A stretch of DNA of 64,000 nt, taken from positions 78,393 through 142,392 of the forward strand of contig JBHOSK010000001.1 in the NCBI GenBank assembly GCA_042584825.1, read 5' to 3'. The notes under the pieces are model-generated. The model saw only the letters and a program-made list of their open reading frames with translations, searched no databases and had not been told where the DNA came from. This stretch comes from Candidatus Aenigmatarchaeota archaeon. GTDB taxonomy: Archaea; Aenigmatarchaeota; Aenigmatarchaeia; GW2011-AR5. The stretch's first letter is position 1. Every line of letters starts with the position of its first letter. The position numbers were made by a program, and so were the translations under genes. Positions 44,708 through 54,220 of the stretch are shown in pieces.

Positions 44708-46417
44708 CTATTTCAACTTTTTCAACATCGATTTTAACGGTAGTGTATTTATTACATCTTTCTTTTGAGCCCATCCTCTACGAGCCTGGGCTATTCCTAA
44801 ATTAAGATAATTATAATGACTCATATCATGAGCATCAGTGTCTATGCATAACTTTGCACCAACAGAAACAGCCATCCTTATATGGTCATCCTTTAGATCA
44901 AGCCTTCCGGGTGGAGAATCTATCTCAAGTATTGTTCCGGTTCTTTTAGCAGTATCAATTATTTTCTCAATATCCATATCACATGCTTCGCGTTTCTGAA
45001 TTATTCTTCCGGTTGGATGAAACAAAATATCAACATGCTCATTTTCCATTACATTGATTATACGCTTTGTCATGTCGCTACGCGATAAACGAAAAGCAGA
45101 ATGAATACCGGCGCCAACACAATCCAGATCCTTCAAAACACTACTCTTAATGTCAACCCCACCGTCTTTCATTATGTTTAATTCAGCACCCTTCAATATT
45201 CTAAAACCAGAAATTTTTTTATTCAACTTATCGATTTCCTTACCCTGTTTCAACAACTTTTTCTCGTCTATTCCCCAAGCAAGACTTTTGGTGTGATCTG
45301 TAATAGAAATATATTTTAGCCCATGCTGCTTCGCAGCATTGGCCATTTGCTCAATTGTATGTGAACCGTCTGACCAGGTTGTTTGTATTTGCAGATCTCC
45401 CAGTAAAGAACCATATTTGATCAATTTTGGTAATTTATTTTTCTTCGCAATTTCAATTTCACCTGTATTTTCTCTCATTTCTGGTTCTATGTAACGCAAG
45501 CCAAGTGTCTTGTACAGTTCTTCTTCGGTTTTTCCAGCTATCTGTTTCTGCCCGCTAAACAATCCATATTCACTTAGTTTCAATTTCTTTTGTATAGCTA
45601 TTCTTCGTAATGCAACATTATGGGTCTTACTACCTGTAAAATAATTCAACGCAGCACCATAACTTTTTTCTTTTACCACACGAAGATCTGCATCCATCCC
45701 ATTTTCTAAAAGTACTGTAGACTTTGTCTTACCTTTTCCAAATACGTTTATTACCTCTTTCATCTTGGTGAAGTAATCCATTACTTTTTCCGGTTCATTA
45801 GAAATAACTAAAATATCTATGTCACCCACCGTTTCTTTTCTGCGTCTAAAAGAACCAGCAATTACTGCTTTCTTAACATACGGTAAATCATTCAACCTTT
45901 TCTCTATCTCAGTTGCTAATGAAAACGTATATCCGATTAAATAACGACCTTTACTTTTTTTTACAAAACCAATACCTTTCAATATGTTTTTTTCACTTTT
46001 TTCACCAAACCCTTCCAACTTACTTATTTTTCCTTTTTTCGCGACAGCTTCCAAATCCTTCACGTTTTTCACTTTTAATTTCTTGTATAGAACAAATATT
46101 TTCCTAGGTCCCATTCCTTCAATCCGCGATAGCGTTTCAATATCAACAGGCACTTCTTTTTTCAGTTTTTCATAATATCTTAATTTACCTGTTTTTACCA
46201 ATTCCTCAATCTTCTCAGCAATGCCCCTGCCAATACCGCGTATCTTTTCCAGAGCAGCAATACCACCCCTTTCATACGTTATTCCTACGTCTTCCGGTAA
46301 AGATTCAATGATCTGTGCAGCCTTCTCATAGGCCTTTATCTTAAAAACAAGATCTTCCTTCATTTCAAGATAAAGTGCAATATTATACAGAATTTTAGCT
46401 ATCTCCTGGTTTTTCAT
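44708..46417 (-). CDS. polX: Family X DNA polymerase with C-terminal PHP domain
   Basis: N-terminal NQEIAKILYNIALYLEMKEDLVFKIKAYEKAA (8-kDa/HhH). Nucleotidyltransferase GSFRRRKETVGDIDILV. PHP motifs ITDHT...DTDAH. Confidence 0.85.
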   Translation of the reverse strand: MKNQEIAKILYNIALYLEMKEDLVFKIKAYEKAAQIIESLPEDVGITYERGGIAALEKIRGIGRGIAEKIEELVKTGKLRYYEKLKKEVPVDIETLSRIEGMGPRKIFVLYKKLKVKNVKDLEAVAKKGKISKLEGFGEKSEKNILKGIGFVKKSKGRYLIGYTFSLATEIEKRLNDLPYVKKAVIAGSFRRRKETVGDIDILVISNEPEKVMDYFTKMKEVINVFGKGKTKSTVLLENGMDADLRVVKEKSYGAALNYFTGSKTHNVALRRIAIQKKLKLSEYGLFSGQKQIAGKTEEELYKTLGLRYIEPEMRENTGEIEIAKKNKLPKLIKYGSLLGDLQIQTTWSDGSHTIEQMANAAKQHGLKYISITDHTKSLAWGIDEKKLLKQGKEIDKLNKKISGFRILKGAELNIMKDGGVDIKSSVLKDLDCVGAGIHSAFRLSRSDMTKRIINVMENEHVDILFHPTGRIIQKREACDMDIEKIIDTAKRTGTILEIDSPPGRLDLKDDHIRMAVSVGAKLCIDTDAHDMSHYNYLNLGIAQARRGWAQKKDVINTLPLKSMLKKLK

Positions 46418-46611
46418 GATTATTATTTAGAATAGATATTAATATAGTCACTTTCCACAACCCTCAGTTCATTTTAAAAACGTTGGTATCATCATTAATA
46501 AGAACAAAGTATACTTGGTCAGTAGTTCTGAAGTAAAACATTTTACGATGCTTTGCATCGTGTATCTGAATTATTTCCGTAATCACTGACCATATAACGG
46601 AGGGAATAAAA

Positions 46612-46950
46612 ATGGTAAAATTCGAAACAATAAAAAGCGATGAAGTAAAATTCGGCGCAAACAACTTCCTTGAAATTGCAAGAAAAAAAGCAGTAACAGA
46701 CGATGGAGAAAATGAATTCATCTCTGTATCAAGAGGATTCGTTGACAACACAGGCGCAAGAAGATACAGAAAATCAATATCTGTACCTCTTGTAACTGAA
46801 GTTATCGATTTCGTTTCTGGCAAAGTAAAGGAAATGGGTGAAGGCGCAAAATCGCTTGAAGAAACAAAAAAAGAAATGACAGAAAACGATGTAGAAAAAC
46901 AACAAGAAGCACCACAAGAAGAAGCAAAACCAGAAGGCGCAGAAGAGTAA
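46612..46950 (+). CDS. Hypothetical protein with acidic tail (possibly PC4/YdbC-like ssDNA-binding fold)
   Basis: RBS ggaggg upstream. KFGANNFLEIARKK...FISVSRGF pattern. The fold call is only an impression. Confidence 0.3.
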   Translation: MVKFETIKSDEVKFGANNFLEIARKKAVTDDGENEFISVSRGFVDNTGARRYRKSISVPLVTEVIDFVSGKVKEMGEGAKSLEETKKEMTENDVEKQQEAPQEEAKPEGAEE

Positions 46951-47001
46951 GAACATAAATAATACATTTACGTTCTTGACATTATTTTTTCTTTTTATCT
47001 T

Positions 47002-48669
47002 TTACATTTTCTCAATAGTATTTATGCCAAGCATTTTCAATCCGTTTTTCAACACAATAGCGGTTGCTTTAACAAAAGCAAGTTTTGATTCCTCGTTATC
47101 AGAACCAATTATTTTTTCATCATGATAATACTCATTAAACAATAGCGCAAGTTCGTGCAGATAATTAGCAACATAATTTGGTTTTAGTTGTTTTGCTGCA
47201 TCTTTTAAAATTAAAGGAAACATAGAAAGTTTTTTTATTATCATAAATTCTTTTTCATCTTGAAGTGAAGTTATTTTTTCTTTTTTCTCACTTTTTCTCA
47301 ATATAGATCTTGCACGAGCATATGTGTATAATAAATATGGTCCGGTGTTACCCTCAAAACTTATCGCCTTTTCTGGTTCAAACATCAAATCCCTTACCGG
47401 CTCAACTTTCAGGTAATAATATTTTATTGCAGCAAGCATTATTTCTCGTGCCCGTAGTTCTGTTTCTTTTTTATCTAAATCTTTGTATCTTTGTTTTATT
47501 GCTTTTCGCGCAAGACCCAGGATGTCGTGCATCAAATCATCTGCATCAATAACTCTTCCTTCCCTACTTTTCATTCTACCGCTTCGTAGATGCACCAACC
47601 CGTATGATAAGTGTGTTAATTTATAATCGTAACCAAGCAAGTTCATAATCTTGAACAGTTGTTTCAAATAAATTATTTGTTCAGAAGCAACCACCCATAT
47701 CGATTCATTTACTTTATGTTTTTCAAACTTTTCAACAGTTAATGGCATATCTTGTGTAAGATACGTTGAAGTGCCGTCACTTCTTACGATATATTTATCT
47801 GGTAGTCCCCATTTCTCAAGTTTTGCTAAAACAGCACCCGCCGTATCTTTTTTGAAAACACCTTTTTTCCAACCTTCCTCTATAATTGGTTTTGCTTTCT
47901 TGTAAATTTCACTTTCAAAAAACCAATCATCAAATTCAGAACCAAAATTTTTGTATGTTTCTTTCATTCCGTCAATAGCCCACTTGTTCATTTTTTTCCA
48001 CAGTGCAATCGTTGCTTTATCTCCTTTTTCCCATTTGTTTAACATTTCTTTTGATTCTTCTTTTATTTTTTCATCTTTCTTTGATTCCTGTTCAAACATA
48101 ACATAAAAATCACCAACAAGGTGATCACCTTTCTTGCCTGCTTTTTTAGGATCAGTGCCTTCACCCCACTTTTGGTAAGCAAGCATTGATTTGCAAATAT
48201 GAATTCCTCTATCATTTACTAGATTTGCTTTTACTACAGTATTACCTGTAAAATCAAGTATGCGTGAGATACTCATGCCAATTGAATCATTTCTAAGATG
48301 GCCAATATGTAATGGCTTGTTAGAATTGGGTGCACTATACTCAACAAGTATCCTGTTTTTTCCCTTTCTCTTTGAACCGTATTTACTTCCAAGCTTAATT
48401 ACGTCTTTCATAATAATTTTTGAAAACTCATGATAGTTTATATGAAAATTGACAAATGGCCCAACACTTTTTACTTCTCCTATCAACGAGAACTTTTTCT
48501 TGTTTTTTCTTATTTCTTCAATAAACTGCTTAGAAAGCCCTTCGGGCTTATCCTCTATAGTAAAGCATGGTAATGCAAGATCAGCAATATCCTTTGGTGG
48601 TGCTTTCAATAATTTTGCATATCCACCAACCACCTTTTCAACTTGTTTTCTAAATAACTCAAATGTCAT
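47002..48669 (-). CDS. argS: Arginyl-tRNA synthetase
   Basis: Class I HIGH motif SAPNSNKPLHIGHLRN, with a C-terminal DALR anticodon-binding-like region. Confidence 0.9.
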   Translation of the reverse strand: MTFELFRKQVEKVVGGYAKLLKAPPKDIADLALPCFTIEDKPEGLSKQFIEEIRKNKKKFSLIGEVKSVGPFVNFHINYHEFSKIIMKDVIKLGSKYGSKRKGKNRILVEYSAPNSNKPLHIGHLRNDSIGMSISRILDFTGNTVVKANLVNDRGIHICKSMLAYQKWGEGTDPKKAGKKGDHLVGDFYVMFEQESKKDEKIKEESKEMLNKWEKGDKATIALWKKMNKWAIDGMKETYKNFGSEFDDWFFESEIYKKAKPIIEEGWKKGVFKKDTAGAVLAKLEKWGLPDKYIVRSDGTSTYLTQDMPLTVEKFEKHKVNESIWVVASEQIIYLKQLFKIMNLLGYDYKLTHLSYGLVHLRSGRMKSREGRVIDADDLMHDILGLARKAIKQRYKDLDKKETELRAREIMLAAIKYYYLKVEPVRDLMFEPEKAISFEGNTGPYLLYTYARARSILRKSEKKEKITSLQDEKEFMIIKKLSMFPLILKDAAKQLKPNYVANYLHELALLFNEYYHDEKIIGSDNEESKLAFVKATAIVLKNGLKMLGINTIEKM

Positions 48670-48701
48670 GTATAATTATTCACTTTTGTTATTTTTAAGT
48701 T

Positions 48702-50000
48702 TTACAAGTCCTTATCTGTTAGATTTGTTATGTCAATTCCCTTTTCTAAGAATTCGCCTCTTTTAATAAATACAGCTTTTACACTCTCAGCGCCAAAGAA
48801 TTCCTTGGCAAATTTTATAGTTTCCTTAGGATCAAATGCTGCGCAAGTAAAGATGTTAAGACATACATATCCCCAATAATTTGAAATATGTGCTACTATG
48901 GAACTCGTCTCTATCAACTGAACAACAGTTAACCCAGAAGTTTTAGCCTTTCCATGACCAAAATTCTTTACTACAGTATCACCGTATCTTTTCATTTTCA
49001 GAACATTATCACACAAGTTAGCAACAAATTCTCTCCATTTTTCTTCTGATTTTATTGTTTCTTGATTACATCCAGACAAATCTAGTACAAGTTCTTCACC
49101 ATAATACGCCTTGGATAAATGATTTTCTATATATCTTGGTAATTTTGCAGAAGCAATGTGTTTTTCTGGTGAATAATAGTGCGTTTTAATTCCACTTTCG
49201 TTATATCTCTTTTCCAATTCTTCCTTATTAAAATTAAATACGCCTTTTTTGTTTGAAGCAGCGAGAAAAGTGAATTCACCACCCTGATATGTAGGAACAT
49301 TTGACGTAAATACAGCCAGATCATCAAAAATTTCTTTTGATTGTCTGTAGTTTGAAGGCATATCATCCTCTTGAAGAAATGATGATCCTGTTTGTCTTAC
49401 AACAATACCATCATCAGATAACACACCCTCAATATCAAGATAAAATTCTCTTGTGAATAATGAAACAGCCGGTCCAATAGGATCTGGAGAATCCACAATA
49501 ATTACATCGTATTTTACACCTTCTTTTTTCGTACGTTCAATGAAAATTTTTCCATCTTCAAAATATTTATGAAGTCGTGGATCATTAAAAGCACCACCAG
49601 ATATCTTAGGCATGTGTTTTACACAAAGATCAACAACTTCTTTATCAATCTCAACAAAATCTATTCGATCAACATCATGTTTGACTATTTGTTTCAGTAT
49701 TCCACCGTCACCACCACCAATAACCAAAATTCTTTTTGGATTAGGGTGTGTGAACATAGAAAAATGGCAAAGCATTTCATGATAAAAGAATTCATCTTTT
49801 TCAGTTGTCTGGAAAATACCATCCAGAATCAACATTCTACCATAACGCTCAGTATCAACAATAACAATATCCTGTAATTTCTTCCCGTTCAGCTGACTTT
49901 GTGTCTCAATTATCTTTTCTTTTACTTTTACAGAAAGCGCTGTATCAGTATATAGGTCTTCTCTGAACCACAAATCACCATTAACAACTTCAAACCCCAT
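48702..50000 (-). CDS. speE: Spermidine synthase (aminopropyltransferase) fused to a C-terminal AdoMetDC (SpeH/SpeD)-like domain
   Basis: N-terminal: LILDGIFQTTEKDEFFYHEML, VLVIGGGDGGILKQIVKH, IVDSPDPIGPA. C-terminal ~120 aa: LDLSGC...VVQLIETSSIVAHISNYWGYVCLNIFTC matches the class-1 AdoMetDC pattern (ES..H....G....D.FTC). Confidence 0.75.
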   Translation of the reverse strand: MGFEVVNGDLWFREDLYTDTALSVKVKEKIIETQSQLNGKKLQDIVIVDTERYGRMLILDGIFQTTEKDEFFYHEMLCHFSMFTHPNPKRILVIGGGDGGILKQIVKHDVDRIDFVEIDKEVVDLCVKHMPKISGGAFNDPRLHKYFEDGKIFIERTKKEGVKYDVIIVDSPDPIGPAVSLFTREFYLDIEGVLSDDGIVVRQTGSSFLQEDDMPSNYRQSKEIFDDLAVFTSNVPTYQGGEFTFLAASNKKGVFNFNKEELEKRYNESGIKTHYYSPEKHIASAKLPRYIENHLSKAYYGEELVLDLSGCNQETIKSEEKWREFVANLCDNVLKMKRYGDTVVKNFGHGKAKTSGLTVVQLIETSSIVAHISNYWGYVCLNIFTCAAFDPKETIKFAKEFFGAESVKAVFIKRGEFLEKGIDITNLTDKDL

Positions 50001-50043
50001 TTATATCACTCGAAATTATTGACCCAAAAACGTATTTAAACTT

Positions 50044-51069
50044 TTATTCCACAACAACAGTCTCAATCTGCCCCAAATCGCAAAAATTTGTTGAATAGTT
50101 ATACGCACCAGCATTCAGGAAAACAAGTTTATCACCAATTTTAGGCGAAGCCAGAAATACACGATACCTGAAAACATCCAGTGAACACGGCGTACATCCC
50201 TTTATCACATAGTTTTCCCCGGTTTCCAATTCACCATCTATCATCAATCTTGTATGCGCAGCGAATGTATCCATAGCAGAATTGTACACAGAACAATCAA
50301 CAACAATGTTATTATTGTAAATGTTTATTATTTTTGCTTCCAATGACACAGCTGGGCCTGCGATAAAGCGACCTGGCTCAACAATCATTTTTATTCCATT
50401 ATCATTTAACCAGCCCTTTAGGGCTTTCACGTTTTCAAATATATGTGGAAGAACTTCCACATTATGGTTCTTGTATCTAACAGGAAACCCACCACCAATA
50501 TCCAATATATCAATGCTATCCAGTGTTTCTTTATTCAAAATATCTTCTAACTCTTCTTTCAATAGCCATTCACTTATATTTTGTGTTTTTCTGTGAAAAT
50601 GTATACCAAGTTTGTCAATACTTTTATTAGCGCGAAGCGCTGGTATAAGCTTATTAACTTGGTCTGAATACATTCCAAAAACAAAATGTTTTCCAGTATG
50701 AATTGTCCTTTCTTTCAATCTCATTCTCAATAATAAATTGATCTTTTTTTCTTTTTTCTCGAGTGCTTGAAGAAGTGCGTTAAGATCACGTTCATTGTCA
50801 ACAATGAATGAAGTTATTCCCTTTTCTAATAAAGAAACAATCTCATTTTCTGTCCAACTTTGTGGAAGAAACCAAACTCTTTTCTTATCTTTTATAGTGT
50901 CAATAGATTCAGAAAAATGTAAACTGAACATCGCGTCTGTCTGTTCTTCTAATATAGGAGCAATATTTTTGTTTGTTTTAACACTGTAAGAGACTACGTC
51001 AGATAAATCTTTCATTATATTATACTGTTCTATTGCTTTTTTCCTGCTCAATAAAAACCTTGCACTCAT
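50044..51069 (-). CDS. PLP-dependent Orn/DAP/Arg decarboxylase family enzyme (group IV)
   Basis: PLP lysine motif YSVKTN, DIGGGFPV, and the C-terminal GCTPCSLDV pattern. Confidence 0.7.
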   Translation of the reverse strand: MSARFLLSRKKAIEQYNIMKDLSDVVSYSVKTNKNIAPILEEQTDAMFSLHFSESIDTIKDKKRVWFLPQSWTENEIVSLLEKGITSFIVDNERDLNALLQALEKKEKKINLLLRMRLKERTIHTGKHFVFGMYSDQVNKLIPALRANKSIDKLGIHFHRKTQNISEWLLKEELEDILNKETLDSIDILDIGGGFPVRYKNHNVEVLPHIFENVKALKGWLNDNGIKMIVEPGRFIAGPAVSLEAKIINIYNNNIVVDCSVYNSAMDTFAAHTRLMIDGELETGENYVIKGCTPCSLDVFRYRVFLASPKIGDKLVFLNAGAYNYSTNFCDLGQIETVVVE

Positions 51070-52004
51070 TTTACCAGACCCTTTTTATTTAATTCTTCCA
51101 GCACACTGCACATAACCAGAGGAAATGTTATTGTAACATCACCTATAACAGTTACAGCATCTGAATTATCTTTTATTTTTCCCCAACTTTTGGCTTCTTT
51201 TGTTGTTGCACCACTCATACTTCCCGAGTAATGACGGGATGTAGTCATGTAAACTGCATAGTCTAATCCACCATTCAATAAACACGAAAATATTGCATGA
51301 TGTTTTGACACACCACCACCAAGACATATTGCACCTTTTTTATCATCCTGTGATGTGAAGAAAAGAATATTTGAAAAATCCTTTACAACATCAACCATGA
51401 AATCAGGATTATCTTGCTGAAACATGAATAAATGAAAACCAAACGCACCATCTGTTATTGCTGGGCAAAATATAGGAACATCTTTCTTTGCTGCTTGATA
51501 TAGAATAGAAGCGTTATCTTCCATCATCAAACCAATTTCTTTTAGCATTTCAGACACTGGCCAATTTTTCTTCTTTTCATATAATTTTTTCAGCATCTGT
51601 CTCATCATACCTTCAAATTTCTCATAACTTTTATTTTTAATAAACAAATTTCCAACACGATTTACACCCTCTTCATAAAGAGCAAAATCATCTGAATCAA
51701 AACTACCTACTACAAAATCCTCGCCCATCGATCTCATTATATCTTCTTCAATTGCACCAACAGTTGTAACAACCGAATCAGCCATTCCCAATTCAATAAG
51801 TTGTGCAAAAAATCCACGTAATCCTGATGTAACCATATTTGATGTAAAAGTCAAGAATATTTTTGCACCAGTCTCACGCATTTTTAATATCGTTTCTTTT
51901 GCGCGAGCAAGTTCAACACTTTGAAATCCAACAGCGCCAAGGCTATTCACAAAGTCATCGACCTTGATACCTTCTGACCATCTAAAATCCTTAACATGTG
52001 ACAT
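51066..52004 (-). CDS. dys: Deoxyhypusine synthase
   Basis: FLTFTSNMVTSGLRG, GGGVSKHH and the overall DHS pattern. ATGA overlap with the downstream decarboxylase. Confidence 0.9.
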   Translation of the reverse strand: MSHVKDFRWSEGIKVDDFVNSLGAVGFQSVELARAKETILKMRETGAKIFLTFTSNMVTSGLRGFFAQLIELGMADSVVTTVGAIEEDIMRSMGEDFVVGSFDSDDFALYEEGVNRVGNLFIKNKSYEKFEGMMRQMLKKLYEKKKNWPVSEMLKEIGLMMEDNASILYQAAKKDVPIFCPAITDGAFGFHLFMFQQDNPDFMVDVVKDFSNILFFTSQDDKKGAICLGGGVSKHHAIFSCLLNGGLDYAVYMTTSRHYSGSMSGATTKEAKSWGKIKDNSDAVTVIGDVTITFPLVMCSVLEELNKKGLVK

Positions 52005-52092
52005 ATTTTCACCTAAGTTTATCTAAAAGAAGTAGTTTACGGTTGTGTCATTGTTTTGCGAAACAAGATAAACATGATTAGTATTTTGATAG

Positions 52093-52112
52093 AAAGGTTT
52101 TTAAATGGGATA
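52093..52112 (-). promoter_or_regulatory. BRE/TATA-like element, copy 1 of a 20-bp perfect direct repeat
   Basis: aaaggtttttaaatgggata. The reverse complement tatcccaTTTAAAAAccttt lies ~90 nt upstream of the dys ATG, which has its own aggtga RBS. Confidence 0.45.
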
Positions 52113-52123
52113 ATTTTATACAA

Positions 52124-52810
52124 TCAAATCTCTTCGCAAAAAGAGAATCCAGGATCTTCTCTTGCCACAAGTTCTTCGTACCTCTGAAGACACTTACCGG
52201 CCATTAGATTTTGTCTTAAGGTTAACAAAGCACCTCTATTATTACTTATAAACCGCATGTCCTTTTCTAATTGTTTTTTCTGCCTTCTGGAAGGCCTGCC
52301 ACGAACTATAGTCGATGCAGGAACAATAGATTGTAAACACTGTGTAGAAACATATACTTCAGTATCAATCAATTTTCGTAAAGCAACAATTTCCCCCCTT
52401 CTTTGATCAGTTAGTGTCATATCCTGAAAACAAGGCATAGTTCTTGTGAATTCTGATATGCCCGAAGAATGCATACCAGCCTCTGGTGGTAATTCCAAAA
52501 CCCAATCCTCTGGAAAAGCAGCACATGCAAGATATCTTGAAGTATCATAAACCGAGCACCTTGATCTTTGCCTGTCAAGACTAGGACACGGAACTTTAGC
52601 CGCAGGCGTTGCATAAAAAGTTCCTTGATTAGATGGTGCAATAGTCCAGTCCTTACATAAAGTTGCGTATGTTCTATAGAAACTGCCCCCAACACCTCTC
52701 TTTTTCCTACTAAACCATGCTCTGTATATATCCCCTAATGTAACTGGTATTACATCAATATCTGTGCAGCATTTAACACAGTTCCCTGGATCACACCTGA
52801 ATTCAGACAT
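52124..52810 (-). CDS. YkgJ/UPF0153-like Cys-cluster protein, Lys-poor composition class
   Basis: CDPGNCVKCCTDIDV and PCPSLDRQRSRCSVYDTSRYLACAAFP match the CxxCC...CPfL....C.IY..RP..C motifs. Start at ATG 52810. Confidence 0.45.
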   Translation of the reverse strand: MSEFRCDPGNCVKCCTDIDVIPVTLGDIYRAWFSRKKRGVGGSFYRTYATLCKDWTIAPSNQGTFYATPAAKVPCPSLDRQRSRCSVYDTSRYLACAAFPEDWVLELPPEAGMHSSGISEFTRTMPCFQDMTLTDQRRGEIVALRKLIDTEVYVSTQCLQSIVPASTIVRGRPSRRQKKQLEKDMRFISNNRGALLTLRQNLMAGKCLQRYEELVAREDPGFSFCEEI

Positions 52811-52828
52811 GATCTTAGATAGACACAA

Positions 52829-52848
52829 AAAGGTTTTTAAATGGGATA
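52829..52848 (-). promoter_or_regulatory. BRE/TATA-like promoter of 52124-52810, copy 2 of the 20-bp direct repeat
   Basis: Identical 20-mer. The TATA core lies ~23 nt upstream of ATG 52810 (leaderless geometry). Confidence 0.55.
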
Positions 52849-52855
52849 TTACTCA

Positions 52856-54061
52856 CTAAAGAAGAAATAGATCGTCTTGCCTTTTATTTAATACTTCTGG
52901 TGCACCGCGTGTAACTAATACATCAAATTCTGTTGCTATTCTACCCTGTCTTCCCTCAGGATCAATTACACTTGGTTCTGAAGTAAGAACCATACCAGCT
53001 TCAAGTCTTCGGTGAGGTTTATCACCATACTTAGGCATTGGTGAAGCAGCAATAGGTCCTATACCATGAACACCCTCTGCTGACAATGTATGACCTAAAG
53101 CATGATTAAATTCTTCATAACCAGCTCCTGTTATTATATCTCTGCCTGCTGCATCAACATCAAGACCTCTCATTCCAGGAACCATTTTATCTATTGCAGC
53201 ATCTCTTGCCCTTGCTTGTAATATAAACATGTCTCTTACTCTTTCTGTTTCTCTGTCATTATTCGGATCTGCTAGGAAGTAGGTTCGTTGTAGATCTCCA
53301 GGCATATTTGTATCTGGGTCCTTTACACCAAAATCTGTGAATAAAACATAACCAGGTGTTATTACATCATCCCCTGGTTCATGATGACCCCTTACAGAAT
53401 TATTTCTAACAGCAACAATAGGACAACTGTTTCTTGCCCATGATGATTGAACACCTAAACGATCCATTTGTTCATGGAAAAATGTAGAAATTTCTCTTTC
53501 ACTTACACCTGCTCTCAAAACCTCACACTCAGCTGCATCAAATATATCATCTGTCATTCTGACAGCTTTTCTAAGTCCTTCTATTTCTTCAGGAGTTCTT
53601 ATTGCATATGCTGAATATAAAACATTCTCAGCGGCACTTGAAGAAATTCTTACATCAGAACCCCTTAAAGCGCGTCGTACGTTCAATAACATACCATAAT
53701 TAGTTACATCTAATGCTGCAGTATCTCTTGATGTAGCTATTCCCAATTTTGTAACACCAGACTTTTGTATTTCCTGTGCTATTGCACCCGACGGATCATC
53801 CGTATATCCATATTCACTGACACGATACAACTCTTTAGGAACATTACCAGCATCGTGCACATTGGCCACAACAACAGGTTTTCTTCTTCCTGGTAAAACA
53901 AGAATAGCATGAGGTGCTGATAATCCTGCACCCATTAATTGATATCTTAAATCGCCCGGATTCTCAATTTCTCTTCCCAAAAAAGCCAATCCATCTAATC
54001 CATAACGTTCAAGGTTTCTAGAAATCATGTTAAGCCGATATGCAACTCGTTGCTCATCCAT
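52856..54061 (-). CDS. M24-family metallopeptidase (Xaa-Pro aminopeptidase/creatinase-like), Lys-poor composition class
   Basis: Pita-bread motifs VLFTDFG, FNHALGHTLSAEGVHGIGP, GMVLTSEP. 10 Lys in ~400 aa. ttaaaaagg box ~25 nt upstream of ATG 54061. Confidence 0.75.
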   Translation of the reverse strand: MDEQRVAYRLNMISRNLERYGLDGLAFLGREIENPGDLRYQLMGAGLSAPHAILVLPGRRKPVVVANVHDAGNVPKELYRVSEYGYTDDPSGAIAQEIQKSGVTKLGIATSRDTAALDVTNYGMLLNVRRALRGSDVRISSSAAENVLYSAYAIRTPEEIEGLRKAVRMTDDIFDAAECEVLRAGVSEREISTFFHEQMDRLGVQSSWARNSCPIVAVRNNSVRGHHEPGDDVITPGYVLFTDFGVKDPDTNMPGDLQRTYFLADPNNDRETERVRDMFILQARARDAAIDKMVPGMRGLDVDAAGRDIITGAGYEEFNHALGHTLSAEGVHGIGPIAASPMPKYGDKPHRRLEAGMVLTSEPSVIDPEGRQGRIATEFDVLVTRGAPEVLNKRQDDLFLL

Positions 54062-54220
54062 CTTTATTATTAGATTATCAACCTTTTTAAAAATAAGCAG
54101 CACCATTGCATCAATAGTTTAGCGTTACGTATGTAATTTATATACATCACAACGAAATCAGGAATTTTATTCAGAAGAAGTGGTTTCTTCGGTTCTTCCA
54201 TAAAGATATCGGAATTCTAG

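Noticed and set aside
46464-46967. 167-aa ORF antisense to 46612-46950.
   Set aside because: Ser/Phe-rich and low complexity. The plus-strand ORF has a ggaggg RBS and a sensible globular-plus-acidic-tail sequence.
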